Source: Bifidobacterium longum subsp. longum JCM 1217 (GTDB lineage Bacteria; Actinomycetota; Actinomycetes; Actinomycetales; Bifidobacteriaceae). From it: a stretch of DNA of 32,000 bases. Both the position numbers and the translations under genes were made by a program. The stretch is from contig NC_015067.1 in the NCBI RefSeq assembly GCF_000196555.1, positions 1,050,001 to 1,082,000 of the forward strand, read 5' to 3'. The notes beneath the pieces were generated by a model. That model worked only from the letters and a program-made list of their open reading frames with translations. It searched no databases and was not told the DNA's origin. Shown here one piece after another: positions 1 to 8,061 of the stretch (the stretch's first letter is position 1; each line of letters begins with the position of its first letter).

Positions 1-69
1 CGCCAAATCGAGGTTGGCGGATATCTGACGCATCGCCCGACTGACCGGGATTGGTGTGCGTGTCGGCAT
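1..69 (-). CDS. hypothetical protein, 5' end only (gene runs off the left edge)
   Basis: ATG at 69-67 lies 5 nt downstream of a near-perfect SD (AGGAGGTG, complement of 75-82), with an AT-rich stretch further upstream. The frame is open for all 23 codons to position 1 (MPTRTPIPVSRAMRQISANLDLA). Too short for the ORF track. Confidence 0.4.
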   Translation of the reverse strand, partial: MPTRTPIPVSRAMRQISANLDLA

Positions 70-161
70 ATTGGCACCTCCTATCCCAAATTTAAACATA
101 AATTTGTATGGACTAGCCTTATGCGGAGGTTACGCCAATATACGACAAGAACGAACCAACG

Positions 162-803
162 TCAGCCCGGAATCTTTTCGACGATGGTGTTCAAGGTGTC
201 GAAAGTCTCATCGATTTGGTCCACTACCTGCTTGCCCTGGTTGACCATTTCGGTGATCTGTTCCGTGCGGGGTTGCGGCAGCGCATGAATCGACGTCTTG
301 ACGCGCTTCAAGACCGCACCGGCGTCGGACAGGTCCTGCTTGATGGAAGCGATTTTGGGAATGGAAAGCGTGCCGTCGGAGAAGTTCATGCCGGACAGCA
401 GCTCTTCGATATTGAAGTCCACCAACGTGCCCTGCGCGGCACTGTCGATTTTGGGCAGGGCGTTGGTCGCGGCGTCGGCGGCCGCATCCAGCATGCCGCG
501 CACCGCCTTCACGTCCGAACCGTAATACAGCACGTATTCGGCGGCCTGCCATAGCATGCCCTGGGTTTCGTCTCGCGCCGCGACGATGTGACTGCCAGCG
601 CTGTCCATCTGCTCAAGCGCCTGCTTGAAGTCGCCCTGCCCGACGGATTGCTGTGCTTCAGCCGCATATTCGCCCGCCTGCTGCGCCTCGCCGATCACCC
701 GTTGTACCGACTGCCAGAACAGCCAGCCGGAAACGCCCGACGCCAGCAGAGCCGCGACCAGTATCGTGAGAATTACGGTGCCGATATGTTTGCGCTTAGC
801 CAT
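162..803 (-). CDS. membrane-anchored hypothetical protein
   Basis: 213-aa ORF with an N-terminal TM/signal anchor (IGTVILTILVAALLASGVSGWLFW), then an Ala/Gln/Asp-rich soluble region. Overlapping track ORFs look like shadows. Family not recognised with certainty. Confidence 0.7.
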   Translation of the reverse strand: MAKRKHIGTVILTILVAALLASGVSGWLFWQSVQRVIGEAQQAGEYAAEAQQSVGQGDFKQALEQMDSAGSHIVAARDETQGMLWQAAEYVLYYGSDVKAVRGMLDAAADAATNALPKIDSAAQGTLVDFNIEELLSGMNFSDGTLSIPKIASIKQDLSDAGAVLKRVKTSIHALPQPRTEQITEMVNQGKQVVDQIDETFDTLNTIVEKIPG

Positions 804-1038
804 AGGACCAATGTACCTTTTGTCCCATCTAGCGCCATTGTGTTCTGGCCTTTAGTCCATCAAAGTGTCCAACAGACTTGTCTTCTCTGAAGAAGCGCAT
901 GGAAATCAGTTATAGTCGATTCTCTCCTGTAGCTGGCGAAAAACAGATATAGTTGAATTGGACTAACGGGTTTTATGTAGGGATGCCGAGGAGGACAACC
1001 ATGAATCAGGGGAGGGCTCGACTGGAACGAATTCGGTG

Positions 1039-1167
1039 ATGGAGGGCTTTGCGAAATCCCCGGTCAATCGATTTGCTGACTGGTTGGGATGGGGATTCGT
1101 CTTCCTCGGAGCGGGTATAGGAGCGTTTCTGGGTGTCGTCGCGTACGTTCAACACTGGATTAGCTGA
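1039..1167 (+). CDS. putative small hydrophobic peptide (42 aa)
   Basis: Translates to MEGFAKSPVNRFADWLGWGFVFLGAGIGAFLGVVAYVQHWIS, with one predicted TM helix. Below the track size cut-off. No strong SD, so weak support. Confidence 0.2.
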   Translation: MEGFAKSPVNRFADWLGWGFVFLGAGIGAFLGVVAYVQHWIS

Positions 1168-1314
1168 CGGCTTCGAATAGTTCTCCGACCGCTTCTCGGA
1201 TTTGCCGGGTGGCATGAGGTTTTCGACCGCTCACGTAGTGGCGGCGACCTCACGCTAATCAGTAATACACACTTTGATCTAGCAGACCCTACGGCTAAGG
1301 CTAGGAGGCCGACG

Positions 1315-1803
1315 ATGGGAAACCGCGTATGGAAAGGTGAACCTTCCGCCGGTGGCCGGGCCGGAACGGTCATCGCTTTGGGCATCGCGGCGTTGGTAGT
1401 GGCGGGAGTATGGTTCGGATGGACTCGATACTAGGGCTATAGTCCGGTTTCGAATCTGTCGCAGACGTTCTCGATCTCATTTTCCGAGGATGCGCGGGCA
1501 ATCGTCAGCAAGGACGAGGAAAGCTTTCATGGGGACGGATACCGGTACGTGAAGGTCGCCGCTGACCCAGAACAAGTCGACGGCACCATTCTGGACGGCA
1601 GGGATTACTCCAGTGGCCAACTGCCCCAGGAGAACATCCGCATAATCAAGGAAGCGGATGCGACCCTGCGATTGAACCTGGGAACACAGCTCGATGCGCT
1701 CTACGACCGGCCTCATAAGGAGATAACCAACGAGGGCGGCACGCTGATCATCATCCATGATGCCGATTCCTCGGAATGGCATTTCTTCGAATGCCTCGTC
1801 TGA
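1315..1803 (+). pseudogene. membrane-anchored protein gene interrupted by an in-frame amber codon (TAG 1432-1434)
   Basis: AGGAGG lies 6 nt upstream of ATG 1315. Codons 1-39 encode a TM anchor (MGNRVWKGEPSAGGRAGTVIALGIAALVVAGVWFGWTRY). After the TAG the same frame stays open to TGA 1801-1803. By eye it keeps G/C-rich third positions, including the stretch upstream of the track's GTG at 1549. Confidence 0.5.
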
Positions 1804-1965
1804 AAGCTGAGCACTCCCGAAACATATGCGATTGTCCTGAAGAAGAGCCCAGACCAACCAAGCCCCGATTATCCAGATAAAAAGAAACCCCCAGTGCATC
1901 ACGGCTGAGTCGAAGACCGTCCGGAGAGGCCCTTTGGGGGAATTCTTGATATATCATAATGAGCC

Positions 1966-2772
1966 ATGAGCCGACAGTCAAATTCAACAACTGATTTCCT
2001 CTCACGGACTCCAAGGAAAGGAAGTCCGCGGGAGAAGGCGCTGCGCGCGTGCATTACCGATGAACGGCTTGCCACCTACAATTATGAGGCTCAAAGACGT
2101 TCATGCCCAGCGCTAGAGCTGTACCTGTGGGATCACGACATGGCCAGCGCCTGTATGGGCGACATCGCCATCCTCGAGGTCGCTCTGCGCAACCGCATGG
2201 ACCGGCAACTCTCCCTCCTCGCTCTGGAGCAGAATGGCACTGAAGACTGGTATATGGCAGGGCTACAATTCGATGACCGAACCCAGTACCAGATTCGTGA
2301 AGCGTGGAACCATCTCACCCCGCACCAGCGAAAAAATCATACGCATGGCCATCTCATAGCGTCATTGACATTCGGATTTTGGCGCAATCTCTTGGAAGAC
2401 GGCGGAACAATCCACACGAAGTGGCCAGACCAGCGCCGTGCAGATTATGAGAACGATTTATGGCGCAAAGGACTCGATAAGACATTCTCCAATGGGCGCC
2501 AGTATGCCCGTGCAGTGGAAGAACGCTGGACGAGAAAGTACGCGCTGGATATCGTAAAAACAGTGCATGCCCTGCGTAATCGGGTCGCTCACCATGAGCC
2601 GCTTGTCAACGGCATACCTCTGCCGGGTGAGAATCGACGGATTGCATTGGAGAATGCGACGCAGGCGTGCTTCGCTCTGGCGATGATCCTGGACCGAGAC
2701 CTACACGCATGGTTGATGGATAACAGCAAGATGAAACTTGTGCTCGAACACGAGCTGAAGCCTAATGAATAG
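1966..2772 (+). CDS. Abi_2 family (AbiD/AbiF-like) abortive infection protein
   Basis: 268-aa ORF. It carries the family hallmarks as I remember them: LYLWDHDMASACMGDIAILEVALRNRM near the N-terminus, FGFWRNLL in the middle, and LRNRVAHHEPL near the C-terminus. Confidence 0.8.
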   Translation: MSRQSNSTTDFLSRTPRKGSPREKALRACITDERLATYNYEAQRRSCPALELYLWDHDMASACMGDIAILEVALRNRMDRQLSLLALEQNGTEDWYMAGLQFDDRTQYQIREAWNHLTPHQRKNHTHGHLIASLTFGFWRNLLEDGGTIHTKWPDQRRADYENDLWRKGLDKTFSNGRQYARAVEERWTRKYALDIVKTVHALRNRVAHHEPLVNGIPLPGENRRIALENATQACFALAMILDRDLHAWLMDNSKMKLVLEHELKPNE

Positions 2773-3176
2773 GTAGTGAGTATCGTTTTCGCCAATCATC
2801 TCTTCAGTGGGAATGGCAATGAGCTGCAGCGACACCAACAGATTCCTTAGGATCCGACACCGGCACGTCCGGCCTGGTATGCGGGTTATGGCAATGCTCG
2901 ATCGCCACCGCGGGCGAACCCGTGCCCCACATGACATGGAAGTCCTTGGATACGGCCGAGATCATCACATCGCATCCAGGGCGAACGGATCATTGTCCAA
3001 TACGGGCGATACGGATCGACCGCGCCGCAGCCCCGGTCATGTCATCATGTCCCATGCCGCTCATCGTGGCCACGGTCGCAGCCGGACAAAACCTGCTATC
3101 ATGCGATTACTTGACACGATGTTGCGCTTTTGGCCATGCGCAGGTTGAATGGGATTGCGCCACGAAAGGATATGCC

Positions 3177-3506
3177 ATGAACGATCTGCTGATTATCGAC
3201 ATGCTGCCCACGTACGGGCTGCTGTTCTACCTGCTGATCTCGGTATTCGTCTTCGTGGGATGCCGTGGTCTGCGCCGGAGGACCTCGGATCGTGGCCTGC
3301 TGCGTTTTGCCGTAGGCGCGTTCTTGGTTGTTTCCGCGCTCGGCGCCGTGTTCGCTGCGCTGGTGTATATCATGGCAGCGCCTTTGGCGCAGCCGGATAT
3401 GGTCGACTTCTACCGCATGTACCGGCCAGGAGCTCTGATCTTCCTGCTGGGATTGTTCATCATACAATTTGTCTTCGGCGTCGCTGCCGTGTATCGGGGA
3501 AAGTAA
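3177..3506 (+). CDS. small integral membrane protein (about 3 TM helices)
   Basis: Internal ATG of track ORF 2922..3506, preceded by GAAAGGA. From this Met the product is strongly hydrophobic (MNDLLIIDMLPTYGLLFYLLISVFVFVG...). The upstream 85 codons look non-coding. Confidence 0.6.
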   Translation: MNDLLIIDMLPTYGLLFYLLISVFVFVGCRGLRRRTSDRGLLRFAVGAFLVVSALGAVFAALVYIMAAPLAQPDMVDFYRMYRPGALIFLLGLFIIQFVFGVAAVYRGK

Positions 3507-3641
3507 CCTGGTATATCCTGCGATAAACGCATTGGCAGACACTTGCTGCCTATCTGTAAACACACCCTAGATAAGGCTTGCGGCCGTTGGCCGAGCACAG
3601 TAGTAGTGTGGTCTGCTGTGTCAACAGGAGGAGTGTGACCA

Positions 3642-4175
3642 ATGCGGCTGATTGAGACATGGCTGGCGGACCAGGAACGCGCGTTTGACTTGTTCGCGAA
3701 ATTCCCGGCGGAGGAGACGGGATTCGAGAACCCAGCGGCCGGCATGAATCGTGAACGGTTCGCCGCATATGTGCGAGGGTTGCGTGATGAGTCGCTTGGC
3801 GTCGGCCTGCCGGACGGCTGGGTGCCAGCCACCAAATACATTCTCGTCAACGATGAGGGCGACTATGTGGGCATCTTCAACCTGCGTCACCGGCTCACCG
3901 ACTTCCTGCGCAACGGTCCGGGCCACATCGGCTACGGTGTCGCCCGCGAATACCGCGGTCACGGCTACGCGACCGCCGGGCTCAAGCTCACGCTTGCCAA
4001 GGCCCGCGAGCTCGGCATCAAGGAGGCTTACCTGAGTGTCCACAAAACCAATCCGGCAAGTCTTGCGGTGCAGCAGCATTGCGGCGCACGTATCGACCAT
4101 GAGGACAAGACGGAATACTACACACGCATCGCCACCTGCACGGAGAGCGATGGCCTCTATGCGCGAGGCGATTGA
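3642..4175 (+). CDS. GNAT family N-acetyltransferase
   Basis: 177-aa ORF with AGGAGGAG upstream. It has an acetyl-CoA binding-type motif (YRGHGYATAGLKLTLAKARELG) and the typical GNAT C-terminal strand region. Confidence 0.85.
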   Translation: MRLIETWLADQERAFDLFAKFPAEETGFENPAAGMNRERFAAYVRGLRDESLGVGLPDGWVPATKYILVNDEGDYVGIFNLRHRLTDFLRNGPGHIGYGVAREYRGHGYATAGLKLTLAKARELGIKEAYLSVHKTNPASLAVQQHCGARIDHEDKTEYYTRIATCTESDGLYARGD

Positions 4176-4198
4176 CGGCGCCTCTTGCGTGTAAATGG

Positions 4199-4217
4199 CC
4201 GATTATCAATCGGTTTT
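4199..4217. terminator. short hairpin between convergent genes (possible bidirectional terminator)
   Basis: CCGATT (4199-4204), 3-nt loop, AATCGG (4208-4213), then TTTT. Only a 6-bp, AT-containing stem. Confidence 0.25.
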
Positions 4218-4513
4218 AATCGATTTCGCCTCGGTCGATAAAGTCGCCGTCGAGGAACCAATAATCGTGCGGATTTCCGCGTAACGCCATGAACGGCGTG
4301 AGTTCCACGCCCTGTGTCTCAGCTCTGCTCAGCAGATAGGCTCGGATAATCCACGGATACTCCAGCACGCCCGACTTGAGGGTGATGATTTGCTCCACTC
4401 TGCTGCCGCTGACGCCAAAATCCCTGCCGCCGTTCGGCGGTCAGACCCAGCCGGCTCATGTTCTCCTGAAATTCGCGGATAGTCGCCGCGCGTTGCTCAC
4501 TGTTCAAAGACAT
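4216..4513 (-). pseudogene. small gene split by a +1 frameshift near 4415-4424
   Basis: Track ORFs 4319..4513 and 4216..4398 overlap in different frames. By eye, G/C-rich third positions follow the first frame up to the run GGGATTTTGG (complement of 4415-4424), then switch to the second frame. The joined product would be about 100 aa (MSLNSEQRAATIREFQENMSRLGLTAERRQ / DFGVSGSRVEQIITLKSGVLEYPW...). Confidence 0.5.
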
Positions 4514-4555
4514 GGCTTCATGGTAGCGCCGGACGCGTGTGGGAGGTCGGGCTGC

Positions 4556-5125
4556 TCACTGGAATACGCCGTCAGAGTAGTTGATCATTTCGAGTTCCGG
4601 GCCCATGTCTTCGGTTTGAGTCAGGCCGGTCTCATGGAAGCCGATGTGACGGTAGAAACCTTGGGCGTTGGTGTTGAATCCGGCGACCCACAAGGCGAGC
4701 CGATCGTTGCCGATGGCGCGTTGGCCCGCCTCAACCAAAGCACGGCCAACACCATGACGATGGCAAGATTCCAACACATATAGCGAAGCCAGTTCCGCAG
4801 CCTCGGACCGTTTGATTGGCGAACGCGGCGTTTGCAGAAGCTCAGCAAAACCAATCACGTGGTTGTTCTCCAAAGCGACCAATACGACCTGATTGGGGTC
4901 TTTGGCGTGGCTGCGCGTCAGTTTGAGCGCGAATTCGGGAGTGATCGCATCCACGATTTCCTGCGGAATATGCCCCTGATTGAGTTCGCGCCACGTGCAC
5001 GACTGAACTTGGGCCTTTTCCTCAAACCATGGCGGCTCAATCGAAACAATACGAATCGTCATGCCGCCCATAGTAGGCCGGTTCGTGAGTACAGTGTCAC
5101 TTGTTGTCATGTGATTGCTTGGCAT
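4556..5125 (-). CDS. GNAT family N-acetyltransferase
   Basis: ORF has the GNAT core (VLESCHRHGVGRALVEAGQRAI ... FNTNAQGFYRHIGF). The start is uncertain: Met candidates at 5125, 5110, 5071 and 5062, none with a clear SD. Confidence 0.85.
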   Translation of the reverse strand: MPSNHMTTSDTVLTNRPTMGGMTIRIVSIEPPWFEEKAQVQSCTWRELNQGHIPQEIVDAITPEFALKLTRSHAKDPNQVVLVALENNHVIGFAELLQTPRSPIKRSEAAELASLYVLESCHRHGVGRALVEAGQRAIGNDRLALWVAGFNTNAQGFYRHIGFHETGLTQTEDMGPELEMINYSDGVFQ

Positions 5126-5249
5126 CAGGTTGTATTGACCGTAATGGAGGCCACTGGATCAGCGCCGGAAACTCATGGAATTCGGGCTATTATGATGGGA
5201 GTAAGAAAAGCACAGCACAATTGAACATAAAGACGATCTGGAGCATTGC

Positions 5250-5708
5250 ATGAGCGTCAATACGGCATTTGAAACCAGTGATTTGCCCAAAGCGGAGTTT
5301 ATGTTTCCTGGGCCTGAACGCGATCGCTTGGTGAAGCTCATTCTGGACGGCGTAAAAACCGCCACCGCTGCGCTGATGATTGAATATGAGGAAGAGGTCG
5401 AACCGCTGCCGTGCGTTGGCGCGCATTCGGTGTTGGTGGATTCCGATGAACGACCCGTAGCCGTACTCGTCACCACTGCGGTTGACGTGATTCCGCTCGG
5501 AAAAGTCACTGACCGGTACGCCATCGATGAGGGTGAAGGCGACGTCACGGCGGCCCAATGGCGGAGCGCACACGAATCTTTCTGGAATTCGGCGGAATAC
5601 CGCGATGAATTCGCCAACCCAAACTTTCCGTTGAACGACAACTCGCTCATAGTATTCGAGCATTTCGAAGTCGAGCAACGGTTGGAGTCGAATAACGCAT
5701 TAGGTTAG
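5250..5708 (+). CDS. ASCH domain-containing protein
   Basis: 152-aa ORF. Its pattern (LILDGVKTATAAL ... DEGEGD ... WRSAHESFW) matches the ASCH/YqfB-like fold signature as I remember it. Antisense track ORFs 5159..5650 and 5190..5678 are shadows. Confidence 0.75.
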   Translation: MSVNTAFETSDLPKAEFMFPGPERDRLVKLILDGVKTATAALMIEYEEEVEPLPCVGAHSVLVDSDERPVAVLVTTAVDVIPLGKVTDRYAIDEGEGDVTAAQWRSAHESFWNSAEYRDEFANPNFPLNDNSLIVFEHFEVEQRLESNNALG

Positions 5709-5769
5709 GCGATAGCAAAACTTTTCTTCAGGCAACTCTCCGAGCTCCGCAACATCTGAAGGAGTGCCC

Positions 5770-6372
5770 ATGTCCACTAGAGCGACAGAAGCGGAAAGCG
5801 TATTGAAGGAGCATATGGGATATCTTCCGGTATCGGAAATGGAGCGTCGAGGAGTTTCCCGCACGGAGATTTCGCGATTCGTGCGTGAAGCCAAGCTTGA
5901 GAAAGCGGCAAAGGGCTTATATGTTTCACCGAATGCGGAGTCCGATCCGCTGTTCGAATTGCAGTATCGATATCCGAAAGCCATTTTTTCGCATGAAACT
6001 GCGTTGTTCTTGCTTGGAGAGGGGGAGCGAGCCCCCCTGACACCGACGATTACCTTACCGCAATCATCAGGTACGGCTCGTCTCAAGAATGAAGACATAA
6101 CAGTGAGAAAGGTGGCCGACAATCGCTTTGCAATTGGCCTGGCGTCGGCTATCACCATGTTCGGGCATACGGTTCGCGTTTATGATTTGGAACGAACCAT
6201 TTGCGATTTGTTCCGCTCCCGCAGCACAGTGGATCCGCAAGATTTGCAATCCGCCTTCCAGAATTACATGAGATCCGCGCACATTGACTTGGTCAAACTC
6301 ATGAACTACGCTCACGAATTTCGGCTCGTGAACGTGATGCGTCCTTACCTCGAAGCGGTGATGCCAGCATGA
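5770..6372 (+). CDS. AbiEi family antitoxin (type IV TA / abortive infection), apparently orphan
   Basis: ATG 5770 follows GAAGGAG. The product has an N-terminal wHTH-like segment (GYLPVSEMERRGVSRTEISRFVREAKLEKAAKGLY) and the FSHETALFLLG motif typical of AbiEi. Confidence 0.8.
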   Translation: MSTRATEAESVLKEHMGYLPVSEMERRGVSRTEISRFVREAKLEKAAKGLYVSPNAESDPLFELQYRYPKAIFSHETALFLLGEGERAPLTPTITLPQSSGTARLKNEDITVRKVADNRFAIGLASAITMFGHTVRVYDLERTICDLFRSRSTVDPQDLQSAFQNYMRSAHIDLVKLMNYAHEFRLVNVMRPYLEAVMPA

Positions 6373-6407
6373 ATGAGAGTGAAATCAGACCCGTGGGACG
6401 CTTATAG
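6369..6407 (+). pseudogene. 12-codon stub where the AbiEii toxin gene would start
   Basis: ATG 6369 overlaps the AbiEi stop as ATGA, the usual abiEi/abiEii coupling. The frame closes after MNESEIRPVGRL. No nucleotidyltransferase ORF follows. Confidence 0.3.
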
Positions 6408-6665
6408 AAAGCGGTACGGCTATGCCGCGTGACTATTCTTTTAGCGATGCAATACGGGCGTTGTCGGCTTTATGCGAGGCGATGGCCACGGCATAATCGG
6501 CAGCGAAGCATACGCGTATTCATGCAACGGCAAGTCGTACATCATATGTGCATCATAAGGAAGAAGTATTTACCCACGCAGCCATTCGACGATTGTCAGG
6601 ATGCATTGCTCAGCGAAACAATCCACGGCATCGACGGTGATGCCGGCATGGTTCACCGGCGAATT

Positions 6666-6792
6666 CATCTTGTAGGCAGATTCAGCATCTTGTAGGTAGC
6701 TGGCCTTGGCGCGAGGTCATTGCAATGGCGGTATTCCGATCATCGCCATTGGAATCATCTGCCTACAAGAGCACGAAACACCCTACAAGATG
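6666..6792. repeat. nested inverted-repeat (foldback) structure built from four copies of CATCTTGTAGG
   Basis: Forward copies at 6666-6676 and 6686-6696. Reverse copies at 6761-6770 (CCTACAAGA) and 6782-6792 (CCTACAAGATG). An inner 8-bp pair is CAATGGCG 6723-6730 / CGCCATTG 6744-6751. Confidence 0.6.
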
Positions 6793-7025
6793 AGACGGGC
6801 CAGTTGGGTCAGTCCCATTCATCCTGCCGGTTCGCAGGCCGCAATTGTCAGTCACAACTGGTGTACCTCCCTCATCCATGCGAATGATACGAATCGCCTT
6901 TCATCCCAATGATTTCGCTCTCGTGGCCGATACCCGCGTGCCGTCATGTTCCGTACCTTGGAATCAGAAGTCGAGAGATATGGTCCGAAACCGAATGGAG
7001 CGGACCGAAGCAGGGAGCATTGAAG

Positions 7026-8039
7026 ATGGGATTTCTCAAGAACTTTTCCGAACCGTTTGCGTTCGCGCTGGCATTGTGGCCGTTTGTGTCCATGCTGCTG
7101 ACGGTGCCGGTGCTGGCGTTGCTGTATCATCGCGACAATCGCATCCGACTGTCGTCGGCCATAGTGGCGTATGGCACGGTGCTGTACCTGCTCGGCCTGC
7201 TGTGCTTCACACTGTATCCGATGCCGGCCGATGCGGCAGCCTATTGCGCCGCGCACCATCTGACGCCACAGCTCAATCCATTGCAGTTCATCGGTGACAT
7301 CCGTACCGATGGTCTCACCGCCGTACTGCAAATCGCGTTTAATATCGTGTTCTTCCTGCCGTTGGGCTTCATCATGGGCCGTATCTGGCGTTGGCCGCTG
7401 CCGGTTACCGCAGTACTGTCATTCGCCACGTCGCTGTTTCTGGAGACGATGCAGCTGACCGGCCTCATGGGCGTGTTCCCGTGCGCCTACCGTCTGTTCG
7501 ACGTGGACGATCTCCTGTGGAACACGACCGGCGCGCTGATCGGATTCGCGCTGGCCATGCTTTCGCTGCGCCTGATTCCGGCGCGGGTCGCCGATATGAC
7601 GCCGACCACCACACCTGGCTTCATGAGGCGGCTGATCACGTTCATCATCGACATGACGCTGATCGGGTTCGCCGTGATGCCGACGCATCTGTTCGTCATG
7701 ATCGTCCGCTCAAACCTGCCCTCGGGCTCCAACGGCTCATGGCAGTCGATGGAACCGTTCGACTGGACCGGCTCGATCCTCTTCCTGGCGGCGCTCATCC
7801 TCTTCGAGGGCGTGGTGCCATGGTTGCGCGGCGGCTGCACGCTCGGCGGCAGCTTCACGCACATGACGATAGAGACCCGGCCGCGCGAAGGGTGGCTTCG
7901 CGTGGCGTTCTATGTGGCGCGCATGGCGACGCTGATCGCCGTGGTGTGGTGGCATAGTGGCGGATTCAATCTGCTGGTGTTCATCGGCCTCGGCATCTTC
8001 TGGCTGGTCAAGCGTCAGATGCCGTACGACCTGATATAA
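7026..8039 (+). CDS. VanZ-like / RDD domain fusion membrane protein
   Basis: Internal ATG of track ORF 6909..8039, preceded by AGGGAG. The N-terminal half is VanZ-like (AFNIVFFLPLGFIMG ... LFLETMQL ... FDVDDLLWNTTGALIGF). The C-terminal half is RDD-like (FMRRLITFIIDMTLIGF plus further TM helices). Confidence 0.8.
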   Translation: MGFLKNFSEPFAFALALWPFVSMLLTVPVLALLYHRDNRIRLSSAIVAYGTVLYLLGLLCFTLYPMPADAAAYCAAHHLTPQLNPLQFIGDIRTDGLTAVLQIAFNIVFFLPLGFIMGRIWRWPLPVTAVLSFATSLFLETMQLTGLMGVFPCAYRLFDVDDLLWNTTGALIGFALAMLSLRLIPARVADMTPTTTPGFMRRLITFIIDMTLIGFAVMPTHLFVMIVRSNLPSGSNGSWQSMEPFDWTGSILFLAALILFEGVVPWLRGGCTLGGSFTHMTIETRPREGWLRVAFYVARMATLIAVVWWHSGGFNLLVFIGLGIFWLVKRQMPYDLI

Positions 8040-8061
8040 ACCGGCGCTCCGCTGCTTGGCG

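Noticed and set aside
1441-1462. tRNA-like T-loop strings: CGGTTTCGAATCTG here and GGGTTCGACTCC at about 30845.
   Set aside because: The flanking bases do not form T-stems or acceptor stems, and both lie inside coding frames. No tRNA could be folded by eye anywhere in the window.
1477-1902. 141-aa minus-strand ORF with a hydrophobic N-terminus.
   Set aside because: The opposite strand shows a stronger third-position G/C bias (by eye). It is continuous with an SD-led TM anchor upstream. This ORF is therefore treated as a shadow of the amber-interrupted plus-strand gene.
2804-3100. Possible minus-strand gene remnant: ...VMISAVSKDFHVMWGTGSPAVAIEHCHNPHTRPDVPVSD... ending at 2804, with another fragment in a different frame upstream. 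The plus-strand track ORF 2807..3148 also lies here.
   Set aside because: The minus-strand fragment has coding-like third positions but is under 60 codons and broken by frame changes, and I could not assign it to a family. The plus-strand ORF is Arg/His-rich and looks spurious. Left unannotated.
6429-6695. 88-aa plus-strand ORF downstream of abiEi. ORFs 6706..6912 and 6845..7297 were also considered.
   Set aside because: No SD and odd composition. They overlap the repeat structure and the broken frames, so this is treated as non-coding or decayed DNA.
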